A stretch of 64,000 nt of DNA from an uncultured Anaerolineaceae bacterium. Its GTDB lineage: Bacteria > Chloroflexota > Anaerolineae > Anaerolineales > E44-bin32. The notes below the pieces were generated by a model. The model had not been told where the DNA came from, ran no database searches, and saw only the letters and a list, made by a program, of their open reading frames with translations. Of this stretch, positions 27,717-36,596 are shown piece by piece. The number at the start of each line of letters is the position of its first letter. Within the stretch, counting starts at the first letter, position 1. Location of the stretch: the NCBI GenBank assembly GCA_964575425.1, contig CAZNRD010000002.1:1951-65950 (forward strand), in the 5' to 3' direction. The position numbers and the translations under genes are program-made.

Positions 27717-28766
27717 TCAGGCAGCGAAGGGAGCGCGGTGGTTTGCGCTGTTCTGATACAGCCAGCACCGCACGTGATGCGTCTGGTCGATGGGAACCAG
27801 GTCCGGCTCCACCTGCGAGCAGATGGAGAGCTGGTGTTCAACCTGGGCGGTGCATCGGGGAGCGAAGCGGCAGCCGGGAGGCAGGTCGACCAGATCGGGG
27901 ACTGTGCCGGGGATGGTCTCCAATCTCTCCTTGACTTTTCCCAGGACGGGGACGGAGGCCGCCAGCCCGCGAGTGTAGGGATGCAGAGGGTTGTCGAAGA
28001 GGGCCAGCACGCCGCCCTGCTCGACGATGCGCCCGGCGTACATCACAGCCACCCGTTGGGCCATCTCGGCGATGATGCCTAGGTCGTGTGTGATCAGGAT
28101 GACGCCTGTGTTGCGTGTGCGGATCATCTCGCGGATCAGGTCGAGGATCTGGGCCTGGATCGTGACATCGAGGGCCGTGGTGGGCTCGTCGGCGATCAGC
28201 AGCTCGGGGTTGAGGGCCAGCGCCATGGCGATCATCACCCGCTGCGCCTGCCCGCCCGACATCTCGTGCGGGTAGGCCCACGCCCTGCGTTCGGGATCCG
28301 GGATCCCGACCTGCTTCAGCAGGGAGACGGCCCTCTCAAATGCTTCTTTGCGGGGCAGCTTCCGATGGATCTCCAGAACCTCGGCCACCTGGTTCCCTAC
28401 CGTAAAGACCGGATTGAGCGATGAGACCGGCTGCTGGAAGATCATGGAAATGCGGCTGCCGCGCAAGTCTTCCATGTCGTGATCCGGGAGAGCCAGCAGG
28501 GACTGGCCGTCGAACAGGATCTCTCCGTCGACGATGCGGCCGGGGGGATCGATCAGCCGCATGATGGACAGGCCGGTGACGCTCTTGCCGCAGCCCGATT
28601 CGCCAACCAGGCCGAAGACCTCGCCCTTGTGAAGGGTGAAGTCGACGCCGTCGACGGCGAGCACGACGCCATCCTCGGTGTAGAAATGAGTCTTCAGGCT
28701 CTGGACGACGAGCAAGGGTTCCTGCTGCAGGCTGTCGCTGGTCGTCAAGTGCGATGTCGACTGCAT
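27717..28766 (-). CDS. Oligopeptide/dipeptide ABC transporter ATP-binding protein (OppD/DppD-type)
   Basis: [34 protein letters not shown] and CRFAPRC. The start is taken at the ATG at 28766; the 160-codon upstream extension of the ORF is non-coding-like. Confidence 0.9.
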   Translation of the reverse strand: MQSTSHLTTSDSLQQEPLLVVQSLKTHFYTEDGVVLAVDGVDFTLHKGEVFGLVGESGCGKSVTGLSIMRLIDPPGRIVDGEILFDGQSLLALPDHDMEDLRGSRISMIFQQPVSSLNPVFTVGNQVAEVLEIHRKLPRKEAFERAVSLLKQVGIPDPERRAWAYPHEMSGGQAQRVMIAMALALNPELLIADEPTTALDVTIQAQILDLIREMIRTRNTGVILITHDLGIIAEMAQRVAVMYAGRIVEQGGVLALFDNPLHPYTRGLAASVPVLGKVKERLETIPGTVPDLVDLPPGCRFAPRCTAQVEHQLSICSQVEPDLVPIDQTHHVRCWLYQNSANHRAPFAA

Positions 28767-29234
28767 CCGTGCGCTGCCCTCGGGTGGCCGTCGAAATGCC
28801 GTCTGGGGCTCACCTGAAACCATGCTGTCGGCGGGAGGGAATGCTCCCTCGGTCTCGCCCTGGCTTGCAGCCCGGCCCGATCCCGGCGCGATTTGAAACC
28901 TTGGTGACCTGGAGCCCAATTCTACCCCATTGGGTCTGGGGCAGGTAGGAGGAATCGCTGGAGAGAAGCGTGAAGGGCCGCGCTGGCTGGAGCCGCCTGG
29001 TCCGGCCCGAAAGAGCGCGAACGACAACGCAGGTGCGGTTGACGGAGCAGACGTGGGGATATAGAATGAATGGTGCCCCTCGCCTCCGAGGACACCCCCT
29101 GGTGGCCGCGAGCGGCCTGTCCGTGAGGCAACTCCGGTGGCAAGGAGCAGGGAGGGAGGTGGTCTGAAGGCAGGAAGACAGGACTGGCTCGGCGTCCACC
29201 CGTCTGGCACAAACGCATTGAGGAGGAGAGACCT

Positions 29235-30905
29235 GTGAAACGCCAAAGGCTAATGGCTTGGCTCGCGCTGTTTGTGGGCGTGAGCATGGTTCTGACTGCG
29301 TGCGCGCCGGCCCGGCCGCAGCGGCCATACGAAGAGATCCCGTTCTCAGAGCCGTTGGTGCTCTCGGCGCCGGACTGCGATTACGGGGGCATCATCAAGG
29401 AGGTCGCGGCCCTGGACAGCCACACCGTGCGCTTCACGCTCTGCGTCCCCGACCCCGCCTTCCTGGCGAAGATGGCCTTCAGCGTCTTCTCGATCTACCC
29501 GCGAGAATGGCTGGAATACACCGCGGGCGAGACCCAGCGCACGGAGGAGGGCCTCTCCCGCCCCGTGGGGACCGGAGCCTATGTCGTGTCCGACTGGACC
29601 CGCGGCGAGCGCCTGACCTTCACCCGCTTCAAGGACTACTGGGGTGAAGCCGGGATCGTCGACAAGATCGTCTTTCGCTGGTCGACCGAATCAGCCGCCC
29701 GGCTCCTTGAGCTGCAGGCCGGCACGGTCGATGGCATCGACAACGTCGGCCCCGATGACTTCACCGTGGTGGAGGCCGATCCCAACCTGCAGTTGATCGT
29801 CCGCCCGGCCCTGAACATCTTCTACATCGCGATGACCAACACCTTCGAGCCCTTCGACGACGTGCGGGTGCGTCGAGCTGTCGCCATGGGCATCGACCGC
29901 CAGCGCATTGTCGACACCTTTTATCCTCCGGGCTCGGAAGTGGCGTCGCACTTCACCCCCTGCGCCATCCCCAATGGTTGCACCGGCGAACCGTGGTACG
30001 ACTTCGATCCAGCGGCGGGCCGCCAGCTCCTGGCAGATGCGGGTTTCCCGGACGGGTTCTCGACCCGGCTGTACTACCGTGACGTCGTGCGCGGCTATCT
30101 GCCGGAAGTGGCGCGGGTCGCCGAAGAGATCCAGGCGCAACTGCGCGCCAACCTGGGAATCCAGGCCGAGATCGTGGTGATGGAGTCCGGAGCCTTCATC
30201 GAAGAGTCCACAGCAGGCCGACTGGACGGCATCTACCTGCTCGGCTGGACCGGGGACTACCCGCACATCACCAACTTCCTCGACTTCCACTTCAGCGAGG
30301 CCAACCCTCAGTTTGGAACGCCGCACCCGGAGATCTATGATGTGCTGTCCGAGGCTGCCCAGATTGCCGACCCGGCCGAGGCCGAACCGCTCTACGTCCA
30401 GGCGAACAACGCCATCCGTGATCTAGTGCCGATGGTGCCCGTGGCGCATGGCGGTTCTGCGGTGGCCTATCGCGGCGATGTGGTGGGCGGCCACGCCAGC
30501 CCGCTGGGCAACGAATACTTTGCCGTGGTCGACCCCGGTGGGCGGAAGACCTTCGTCTGGATGCAGAACGCCGAGCCCATTAGCCTCTTCTGCGCTGACG
30601 AGACCGACGGCGAGTCGCTCCGAGCATGCGAGCAGGTCATGGAGCCGCTGTACACCTTCGAGGTCGGCGGCACGGCTGTCGAGCCCGCGCTGGCCGAGGT
30701 GTGCGAGCCCAACGCTGACCTGACCGTGTGGACCTGCCGCCTGCGCCAAGGGGTTGCCTTCCACGACGGGACCGCGTTCGACGCCAACGATGTGGTGGCC
30801 ACCTTCATGATGGGCCTGGACGCCTCGTCGCCGTTGCACAAGGGCAATACCAATGCCTGGGAGTACTACGCCTACCTGTGGGGTCTCATGAATGTCCCAG
30901 AGTGA
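29235..30905 (+). CDS. ABC transporter substrate-binding lipoprotein, family 5 (peptide/nickel)
   Basis: 556 aa. GTG start follows AGGAGGAG. Lipobox LTAC. Family-5 SBP length and collinearity (GTGAYVVSDW, WGEAG..., YYRD). Confidence 0.85.
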   Translation: MKRQRLMAWLALFVGVSMVLTACAPARPQRPYEEIPFSEPLVLSAPDCDYGGIIKEVAALDSHTVRFTLCVPDPAFLAKMAFSVFSIYPREWLEYTAGETQRTEEGLSRPVGTGAYVVSDWTRGERLTFTRFKDYWGEAGIVDKIVFRWSTESAARLLELQAGTVDGIDNVGPDDFTVVEADPNLQLIVRPALNIFYIAMTNTFEPFDDVRVRRAVAMGIDRQRIVDTFYPPGSEVASHFTPCAIPNGCTGEPWYDFDPAAGRQLLADAGFPDGFSTRLYYRDVVRGYLPEVARVAEEIQAQLRANLGIQAEIVVMESGAFIEESTAGRLDGIYLLGWTGDYPHITNFLDFHFSEANPQFGTPHPEIYDVLSEAAQIADPAEAEPLYVQANNAIRDLVPMVPVAHGGSAVAYRGDVVGGHASPLGNEYFAVVDPGGRKTFVWMQNAEPISLFCADETDGESLRACEQVMEPLYTFEVGGTAVEPALAEVCEPNADLTVWTCRLRQGVAFHDGTAFDANDVVATFMMGLDASSPLHKGNTNAWEYYAYLWGLMNVPE

Positions 30906-31011
30906 TCTGCCGAGCAGGTGACGACCTCTCGACGTTAGGGCAGCGCGGGGTGGCGATCCCGTGGGAAAGCCATCCCGCTCTGCGCCCCTCAGGTCATGGG
31001 ATGCCAGTCCG

Positions 31012-32091
31012 ATGATCCAGTATGCGATCCGACGCCTTCTGTACTCGATCCCGGTCTTGATCGGGATTCTGGTGGTGACCTTCGCCATGGCGCGCCTGAT
31101 CCCCGGCGATCCCTGCCGCGCGATTCTGGGGGAGAAGGCTACCGAGGAAGTCTGCGCGCGATTTGCGCGCGAGCATGGGCTGGATCAACCGCTGCCCGTG
31201 CAGTTCGCCCTGTATATGGGGCGGGTCCTTCAGGGGGACTTCGGCACCTCCATCCGTTTCAGTCGGCCGGTGACAATCATCCTGGCCGAACGATTGCCGA
31301 CCACGATCGAGTTGAGCTTCAGCGCCCTGGCGCTGGCGGTGATCGTGGGCATCCCTGCGGGAATCCTGGCCGCCATGAAGCACAATTCCCCAACCGACGT
31401 GGTCACAATGGTGGGGGCGAACATCGGGGTTTCGATGCCGGTCTTCTGGCTGGGGTTGATGCTGGCCTATCTCTTCGGCCTGGTGCTGAAGGACACACCG
31501 CTTGCGCTCCCGCCCTCGGGCAGGCTCGCGGCCGGCCTGAGCGCGGTGCCCTTCTACCAGGTGTACGGTTGGCATATCCAGAGCGACACGGCCCCGTTCA
31601 AGGTGCTCGAGTTTCTGGCCAGGCACTACATTCTCAACTCGGTGATCACGGCGAACTGGCCGGTCCTGTGGGATACGGTGAGACACCTCATCCTGCCCGC
31701 TGCCGCCCTGAGCACGATCCCGATGGCGATCATCGCCCGCATGACGCGCTCGAGCCTGCTGGAGGTCTTCGGGCGCGAGTACATCCGCGCTGCCAGAGCA
31801 AAGGGGGTCCCGCGACCCGCGGTGGTGTTCAAGCATGCGCTGCGCAACGCGCTGCTGCCTGTGGTGACAATCATCGGCCTCTCGCTGGGAGGGCTGCTGG
31901 GGGGCGCGGTGCTCACCGAAACGATCTTCGGCCTCTCCGGCGTGGGTCGGACGCTGTTCGAAGCAATCACAGCCCGGGACTACCCGGTCATCCAGGGCTT
32001 CACCGTTGTCGTCGCCCTCGGCTATGTCATCATCAACCTGTTGGTCGATATCTCCTATACCTACCTCGACCCGCGCGTGCGGCTGGACTGA
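31012..32091 (+). CDS. ABC transporter permease (DppB/OppB-type)
   Basis: MIQYAIRRLLYSIPVLIGILVVTF N-terminus and EYIRAARAKG EAA-loop motif. Confidence 0.9.
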   Translation: MIQYAIRRLLYSIPVLIGILVVTFAMARLIPGDPCRAILGEKATEEVCARFAREHGLDQPLPVQFALYMGRVLQGDFGTSIRFSRPVTIILAERLPTTIELSFSALALAVIVGIPAGILAAMKHNSPTDVVTMVGANIGVSMPVFWLGLMLAYLFGLVLKDTPLALPPSGRLAAGLSAVPFYQVYGWHIQSDTAPFKVLEFLARHYILNSVITANWPVLWDTVRHLILPAAALSTIPMAIIARMTRSSLLEVFGREYIRAARAKGVPRPAVVFKHALRNALLPVVTIIGLSLGGLLGGAVLTETIFGLSGVGRTLFEAITARDYPVIQGFTVVVALGYVIINLLVDISYTYLDPRVRLD

Positions 32092-32101
32092 GGTCTGAGA
32101 C

Positions 32102-33073
32102 GTGGCAACGGCGCCGGACTATGCAGCGAAGCGCATGCCTCTGGAAGCGGGCCGCTGGACGACCAGGCCCACCAGCCTGACGCGGCTGGCCTTGCGGCGC
32201 CTGTTTCGCCGCCGGTCGGCCATCGTGGGTATGACCTTGCTGGGATTGCTCACGCTGACCGCCATCTTCGCCGATGTGATCGCGCCCTATGATCCTCTTG
32301 AGGTGCTGATCGGCGTTGAACCTGTCAGCCGGCGGGAACAGCCCTGCATCCACCTGCTTGGCTGCCCCAGAGACCGACCTCAGCACATCATGGGGATCGA
32401 CGGCAACGTGCGCGACGAGTTCAGCAGGGTGATCTACGGCTCCAGGTTCTCGCTGGTCATCGGGTTCACCAGTGTAGGCTTCGCCATCGTCGTGGGCACT
32501 GTGCTGGGGGCTGTGGCCGGTTATCTCGGCGGCTGGGTGGACAATGTGATCATGCGCGTCATGGACGTGCTGCTGGCCTTCCCCGCCTTGCTTCTGGCCA
32601 TTGCCATCGTGGCCGTGCTCGGCCCGGGCCTGATCAACGCCCTCCTGGCCATCGGTATCGTCACCATACCTGCCTTTGCACGAGTGATGCGGGCCAGTGT
32701 ACTGTCAGTGAAAGAGACCAACTTTGTGGCCGCCTCGCGGGCGCTGGGGGCAAGTACGCCCCAGGTCCTGTTGAGCTCCGTCCTACCCAATGCCATGACG
32801 CCGCTCATCGTCCTGGGCACGTTGGAGATTGCCTCGGCCATCCTGAGCGCCGCCGCGCTGTCGTTTCTCGGCCTGGGTGCGCAACCGCCCACGCCGGAGT
32901 GGGGCTCGATGCTCAGCGCTGAACGCAACCAGGTGTTCACCGCGCCGCACTTGGTGTTCTTCCCTGGCCTGGCGATCACGCTGACGGTCCTGGGCTTCAA
33001 CCTCCTGGGCGACGGCCTGCGAGATGCGTTTGATCCGCGGTTGACCGCCGGCGGCGACATGCCAAAGGCCTGA
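32102..33073 (+). CDS. ABC transporter permease (DppC/OppC-type)
   Basis: LGIDGNVRDEFSRVIYGSR and NFVAASRALGAS EAA-loop. GTG start. Confidence 0.9.
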   Translation: MATAPDYAAKRMPLEAGRWTTRPTSLTRLALRRLFRRRSAIVGMTLLGLLTLTAIFADVIAPYDPLEVLIGVEPVSRREQPCIHLLGCPRDRPQHIMGIDGNVRDEFSRVIYGSRFSLVIGFTSVGFAIVVGTVLGAVAGYLGGWVDNVIMRVMDVLLAFPALLLAIAIVAVLGPGLINALLAIGIVTIPAFARVMRASVLSVKETNFVAASRALGASTPQVLLSSVLPNAMTPLIVLGTLEIASAILSAAALSFLGLGAQPPTPEWGSMLSAERNQVFTAPHLVFFPGLAITLTVLGFNLLGDGLRDAFDPRLTAGGDMPKA

Positions 33074-33132
33074 GGCTCGCCCTTCCGCCGCCAACGCCAG
33101 CGTCGGCCCCGCTTCTTTTCGGCTACGGATCG

Positions 33133-34176
33133 ATGTCGGCCATCGGCCTCCAGACACACACGCCCCGGGTGTCGGTGCTCATGCCCTGCTTCAACGCGGC
33201 GGCGACGATCGACGAGGCAGTGGCCTCGATCCTGTCACAGACGCTGACCGATCTGGAACTGGTGGCCGTGGACGATGGCTCGAGCGATGACACGACCGCC
33301 CGGCTGCAGGCCTGGATGGGCCGCGATCCAAGAGTGCGCCTGATCCGACAGGAGCATGCCGGCATCATCCAGGCTCTCAACACCGGACTCGCCGCCTGCC
33401 GCGCGCCACTTATCGCTCGCATGGATGCCGATGACCGCTCACTTCCCCGGCGACTGGCACGTCAGGTCGCGTATCTGGATCAGCACCGGGAGGCGGCCGT
33501 CGTCGGCTGCCTCGTGGCCGGCTATCCTTGTGGCCAGGTGCGCTGGGGATTCCAGGTGTACATGGAATGGCTGAACAGCCTGATCTCGCCCGATGGCATC
33601 GCCCGCGAGATATGGGTCGAGAGTCCGTTGGCCCACCCTTCGGTTGTGATGCGCTGGAAGTGGATCGAGCGGGTCGGCAGCTATCAGGACCACGGCTGGC
33701 CGGAAGACTACGACCTGTGGCTGCGGCTGCATCTGGCAGGGGCGCGGCTGGGCAAGGTAGAGGAGGTCCTTCTGGAGTGGCGCGAGCATCCAGCGCGGCT
33801 GACTCGGACCGAGCGGCGGTATTCGGTCGAGAACTTCCTGAGGGCGAAAGCCCACTACCTTGTCCGAGGGCCACTGGATGAGCGGCGCTCGGTCATTGTG
33901 TGGGGGGCGGGGCAGATGGGCCGGCGGCTGTCGAAGCACCTGCTGCGCGAGGGAGCGCCGCTTGTGGCCTTCGTCGATATCGATCCGGCGAAGGTCGGGC
34001 GCCGACGGCGCGGGCTGCCGATCATCTCTCCAGCTGAGCTGCCCGGCCTATGGCGGAGCCTGCCGCAGCCGGTCGTGCTGGCTGCCGTCGGCGCCCGGGG
34101 CGCTCGGACGCTGATTCGTCAGCAGTTGACTGAGATGGGGCTGATCGAAGGCCGGGATTGGTGGGCTGTGGCGTGA
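33133..34176 (+). CDS. Family 2 glycosyltransferase with a C-terminal Rossmann-like extension
   Basis: VSVLMPCFNAAATIDEAVASILSQT, LVAVDDGSSDDT and ARMDADD (DxD). The C-terminus contains VIVWGAGQMGRRL. Confidence 0.8.
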   Translation: MSAIGLQTHTPRVSVLMPCFNAAATIDEAVASILSQTLTDLELVAVDDGSSDDTTARLQAWMGRDPRVRLIRQEHAGIIQALNTGLAACRAPLIARMDADDRSLPRRLARQVAYLDQHREAAVVGCLVAGYPCGQVRWGFQVYMEWLNSLISPDGIAREIWVESPLAHPSVVMRWKWIERVGSYQDHGWPEDYDLWLRLHLAGARLGKVEEVLLEWREHPARLTRTERRYSVENFLRAKAHYLVRGPLDERRSVIVWGAGQMGRRLSKHLLREGAPLVAFVDIDPAKVGRRRRGLPIISPAELPGLWRSLPQPVVLAAVGARGARTLIRQQLTEMGLIEGRDWWAVA

Positions 34177-34214
34177 GGCAGTGTCCGGCGGGCAGTTCGG
34201 CGTGAATGCGAACG

Positions 34215-34247
34215 CAAGAGGGCCCTGATATCTTCAGGGCCCTCTTG
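34215..34247. terminator. Perfect 14-bp hairpin between convergent GT2 and the ferritin-like gene
   Basis: CAAGAGGGCCCTGA (34215-34228) pairs perfectly with TCAGGGCCCTCTTG (34234-34247) around a 5-nt loop. There is no clear U-tract. Confidence 0.5.
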
Positions 34248-34262
34248 TCGAGGTGGTCACAC

Positions 34263-34792
34263 CTAGGCCATGAACGGGCGTACGAAGGGAGAGGTCTCCC
34301 CCGGCGCAGGAAATGCCCCGACGGCCCCTCGCCGAGGAACTCCGAGAACCAAGACTCGTGTTCGATTTCCTCGTTGGGGATGGCGAGGGCCAGCGCGTAG
34401 GTGCGGTGATCCTTGCCGGTGATGATGTTGCAGATGTGGGTGTAGCCGCGGACGGCACAGCGCTCAGCGTTCACCAGGACCTCAAGGATGGCGCGCACGT
34501 CGTTGGGGCTCTTGGGAAGGCTTGCCGGGGGGCAGGCAGACACGTCGTGAAAGACCTTCATGTCTTCCGGCAGCTTGCCTCCCAGTTCGTAGATCCTGGG
34601 CACCAGGGCCTCGAAGTGATTGCGGTCCTCGGTGCGGGCTGTTTCGGCGATCGCCTTCAGTCCCTCGCCTCCTAGGCCGATGAGGTTGGCGCGCAGGATG
34701 GTGTAGTAGTAGAAGGTCGTCAATTCGGCGGCGGCGTTCCTGACAAGAAGATCCAGCAGCTCGTCAACGTCCACTCCAGACTTCTGTACCAT
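34263..34792 (-). CDS. Dps-like (DPSL) ferritin-superfamily protein, 3' end apparently frameshifted
   Basis: Four-helix-bundle ferritin-like motifs (AAELTTFYYYTILRA, EDRNHFEAL, ERCAVRGY, EEIEHESWF). As assembled, the ORF runs on to 34022, through the hairpin and into the GT2 gene. Adding one C to the C5 run at 34298-34302 gives ...FLRRGETSPFVRPFMA with a stop at 34263. Confidence 0.7.
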
Positions 34793-34817
34793 TTCTCATG
34801 CTACCTTGGCCATGTGT

Positions 34818-35102
34818 CTATCTCCTTCTCTTCTGAGGTACTGGCTCCGGATGAGCGATGTGGGCACCGCCTCCGGTCGCGCGCGGGATGGCCTGGGGAT
34901 CTGGCTTAGTGAGCCTACGCGTCTGACACGATGGGCAGTGTCCGTAGAAGGTGACTTGATGTGTCAAGGCCTCGAACCCCTGACGTTCTCGGGCCGGAAG
35001 GTCAATCCCCTTGAAGCTGCGCGTGATATCGATCAGAGAATGGCAATGCATGCAGATCAGGTGATGGTGTGCCTCCGTGTTTGTGTCGTAGCGTGTTGCG
35101 CC
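34818..35102 (-). pseudogene. Fur/PerR-family regulator remnant (C-terminal metal-binding/dimerisation half only)
   Basis: GATRYDTNTEAHHHLICMHCHSLIDI...THQVTFYGHCPSCQ matches the Fur C-terminal domain with two CxxC pairs. No winged-helix DNA-binding domain is present in any frame upstream. Confidence 0.6.
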
Positions 35103-35362
35103 TTCAGCGTCGGGATGCCTACAACCCCGAGAACCCGCACGCGGTCGGGCTCGTCGTCGGCATTCAGGTGCACGACATCCACACGCCCTCGGTACTGAGC
35201 CTTGAGCTCGGCCAACAGCGGTTCTATCCTGCGGCACGGCCCGCACCACGGCGCCCAGATGTCGAGCACGAACGGGCGGCCGGATTCGCGCCCCAGGCGG
35301 AGGAGGGTATCTTCGGGCATGACCTGTCTCTCATGAGGCCAAACGAGAGGCGGTGATGGCAC
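35057..35362 (-). pseudogene. Thioredoxin, C-terminally truncated/out of frame
   Basis: PFVLDIWAPWCGPCRRIEPLLAEL...VVGIPTL (WCGPC plus the cis-Pro strand). Homology stops at about 35105. Fifteen unrelated codons then precede the stop at 35057, so beta5 and alpha4 are missing. Confidence 0.65.
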
Positions 35363-35389
35363 CGCCCCTCGTTTGGCGCTGTGCTGTGG

Positions 35390-35590
35390 TCAGGCCTTCT
35401 TGGTCGAGAACTTGAAGATAGAATACAGCGGGCACCAGCCAATCAGGCCGGTGATCAGAGGGATGAAGCCCAGGATCTTGAACACCAGCCCCAGCGATCC
35501 GGCGACGGCTCCGCTCCAGCCCAGGTAGAGCAGGGCCAAACCGATGACGACACGGATGATACGATCCCAACCGGCTTCGTTGACCTTCAT
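35390..35590 (-). CDS. DUF2892 (YgaP C-terminal-like) small membrane protein
   Basis: 66 aa. DRIIRVVIGLALL...GFIPLITGLIGWCPLYSIF is the characteristic two-TM hairpin with a conserved Cys. Confidence 0.75.
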   Translation of the reverse strand: MKVNEAGWDRIIRVVIGLALLYLGWSGAVAGSLGLVFKILGFIPLITGLIGWCPLYSIFKFSTKKA

Positions 35591-35700
35591 GGCAGACAGC
35601 CTCCTCAGGGAATGATTTCCTTGTGTTAGATGAGCTGATGAGGAAAAGGTTACGGGCGAAGCGCCTGGATGGTCTGGTGGGGAGGGGAAGGGGTGATGGC

Positions 35701-35937
35701 TCAGCGGCGTTCTGCAAATGCCCGTTGCAGCTCCTGGAACAGGGCTTGTCTGCGCTCAGCCGGGATCAGCCGCGCCTCGCACTGGCGGAAGAGGGTGATG
35801 GTCTTCTCCGTGGTGTTAAGGACGACGTGGCAGTTGCGGCAGGTGGCCAGGTGGGCGCGGGCTTCGGCCTCGAGCTCTTCGCTCAAGCCCCGGTCGATGT
35901 AGTCCGAGAGGTAACGTACCAGTTCTTCGCAATTCAT
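35701..35937 (-). CDS. Cytoplasmic zinc-binding anti-sigma factor (ZAS, zf-HC2; RsrA-like)
   Basis: 78 aa with no TM segment. Contains C3 and H29-x3-C33-x2-C36 (HLATCRNCH). The ATG overlaps the sigma-factor stop (ATGA at 35934-35937). Confidence 0.8.
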   Translation of the reverse strand: MNCEELVRYLSDYIDRGLSEELEAEARAHLATCRNCHVVLNTTEKTITLFRQCEARLIPAERRQALFQELQRAFAERR

Positions 35938-36596
35938 CTCAGACTCTCCTGGCGGCCGAGGCGCTCGGCAAAGTAGGCAGACAGGTGTTCCCGCAGCGCC
36001 AGCCGAGCGCGATGGAGCCGCACCTTCACCGCCGCTTCGCTCAGGCCCAGGGCTTCGGCCGTCTCGGCGGTCGAAAGCCCCTCGACGTCCCGCAGCAGAA
36101 ATGCTGCGCGCTGTGATTCGGGCAGGGCGGCGATGGCAGCGTCGAGCTGGGCGCGGGCCTCGCTGTCCCCCAGCAACGTTTCCGGGGTGAGGTCCCAGTC
36201 CACGAACGTGCGAGGCATGGGGATTGGGGCCTGGTCCTCGGGGGCATCGTCTTCGGCCGGCAGCTCTTCCTCGACGCGCTGGCGGAGCTGGCTGAGGCTG
36301 GCGTTATAGGCCACGCGATACAGCCAGGTCCCCAGCCGGGCCCGGCCCTCGAACCTGCCGAGGTGCGTGAGAGCCGCCAGGAAGGTCTCCTGCACCACGT
36401 CTTCGGCGCGGGACGGGTCGCGCAGGAGGCTCAGTGCCAGGCGGTACACACGATCGGCGTGCGCCTCAAACAGGGCGCGGAAAGCCTCCGGGTCATCGTC
36501 CTGGAGACGGGCCAGAAGGGCGCCGTCGTCCGATTGGGCGGGCTGCAATTTAGACGGACCCAGTGCCAGGAGGTTACTTCGCCTCTTCTGCCTCAC
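35934..36596 (-). CDS. ECF-type RNA polymerase sigma-70 family factor
   Basis: Region 2 (DVVQETFLAALTHLGRFEG...LGTWLYRVAYNASL) and region 4 (LPESQRAAFLLRDVEGLSTAETAEALGLSEAAVKVRLHRAR). The exact start is uncertain; the GTG at 36596 overlaps the upstream gene. Confidence 0.85.
   Translation of the reverse strand: MRQKRRSNLLALGPSKLQPAQSDDGALLARLQDDDPEAFRALFEAHADRVYRLALSLLRDPSRAEDVVQETFLAALTHLGRFEGRARLGTWLYRVAYNASLSQLRQRVEEELPAEDDAPEDQAPIPMPRTFVDWDLTPETLLGDSEARAQLDAAIAALPESQRAAFLLRDVEGLSTAETAEALGLSEAAVKVRLHRARLALREHLSAYFAERLGRQESLR

Noticed and set aside
29060-29234. Possible cobalamin, NiCo, glycine, TPP or c-di-GMP riboswitch in the SBP leader
   Set aside because: None of the core conserved motifs I know for these classes (e.g. 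the B12 box and the GCCACTG element, glycine CACCGAAGGGGCAA-type cores, the TPP CTGAGA/ACCTGATCTGGATAATGCCAGCG) is present. It is kept only as an unclassified structured leader.
28767-29246. 160-codon N-terminal extension of the OppD/DppD ORF (ORF 27717-29246)
   Set aside because: The extension is Pro/Ser/Ala/Gly/Arg-rich and unlike any ABC ATPase N-terminus. Family homology begins right after the ATG at 28766. The region is better explained as the divergent intergenic/leader region.
34022-34262. C-terminal 80-codon extension of the ferritin-like ORF into the GT2 gene
   Set aside because: It crosses a perfect terminator-like hairpin and overlaps a convergent, well-supported gene, and the sequence is not protein-like. 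A 1-nt frame correction gives a compact, sensible C-terminus.
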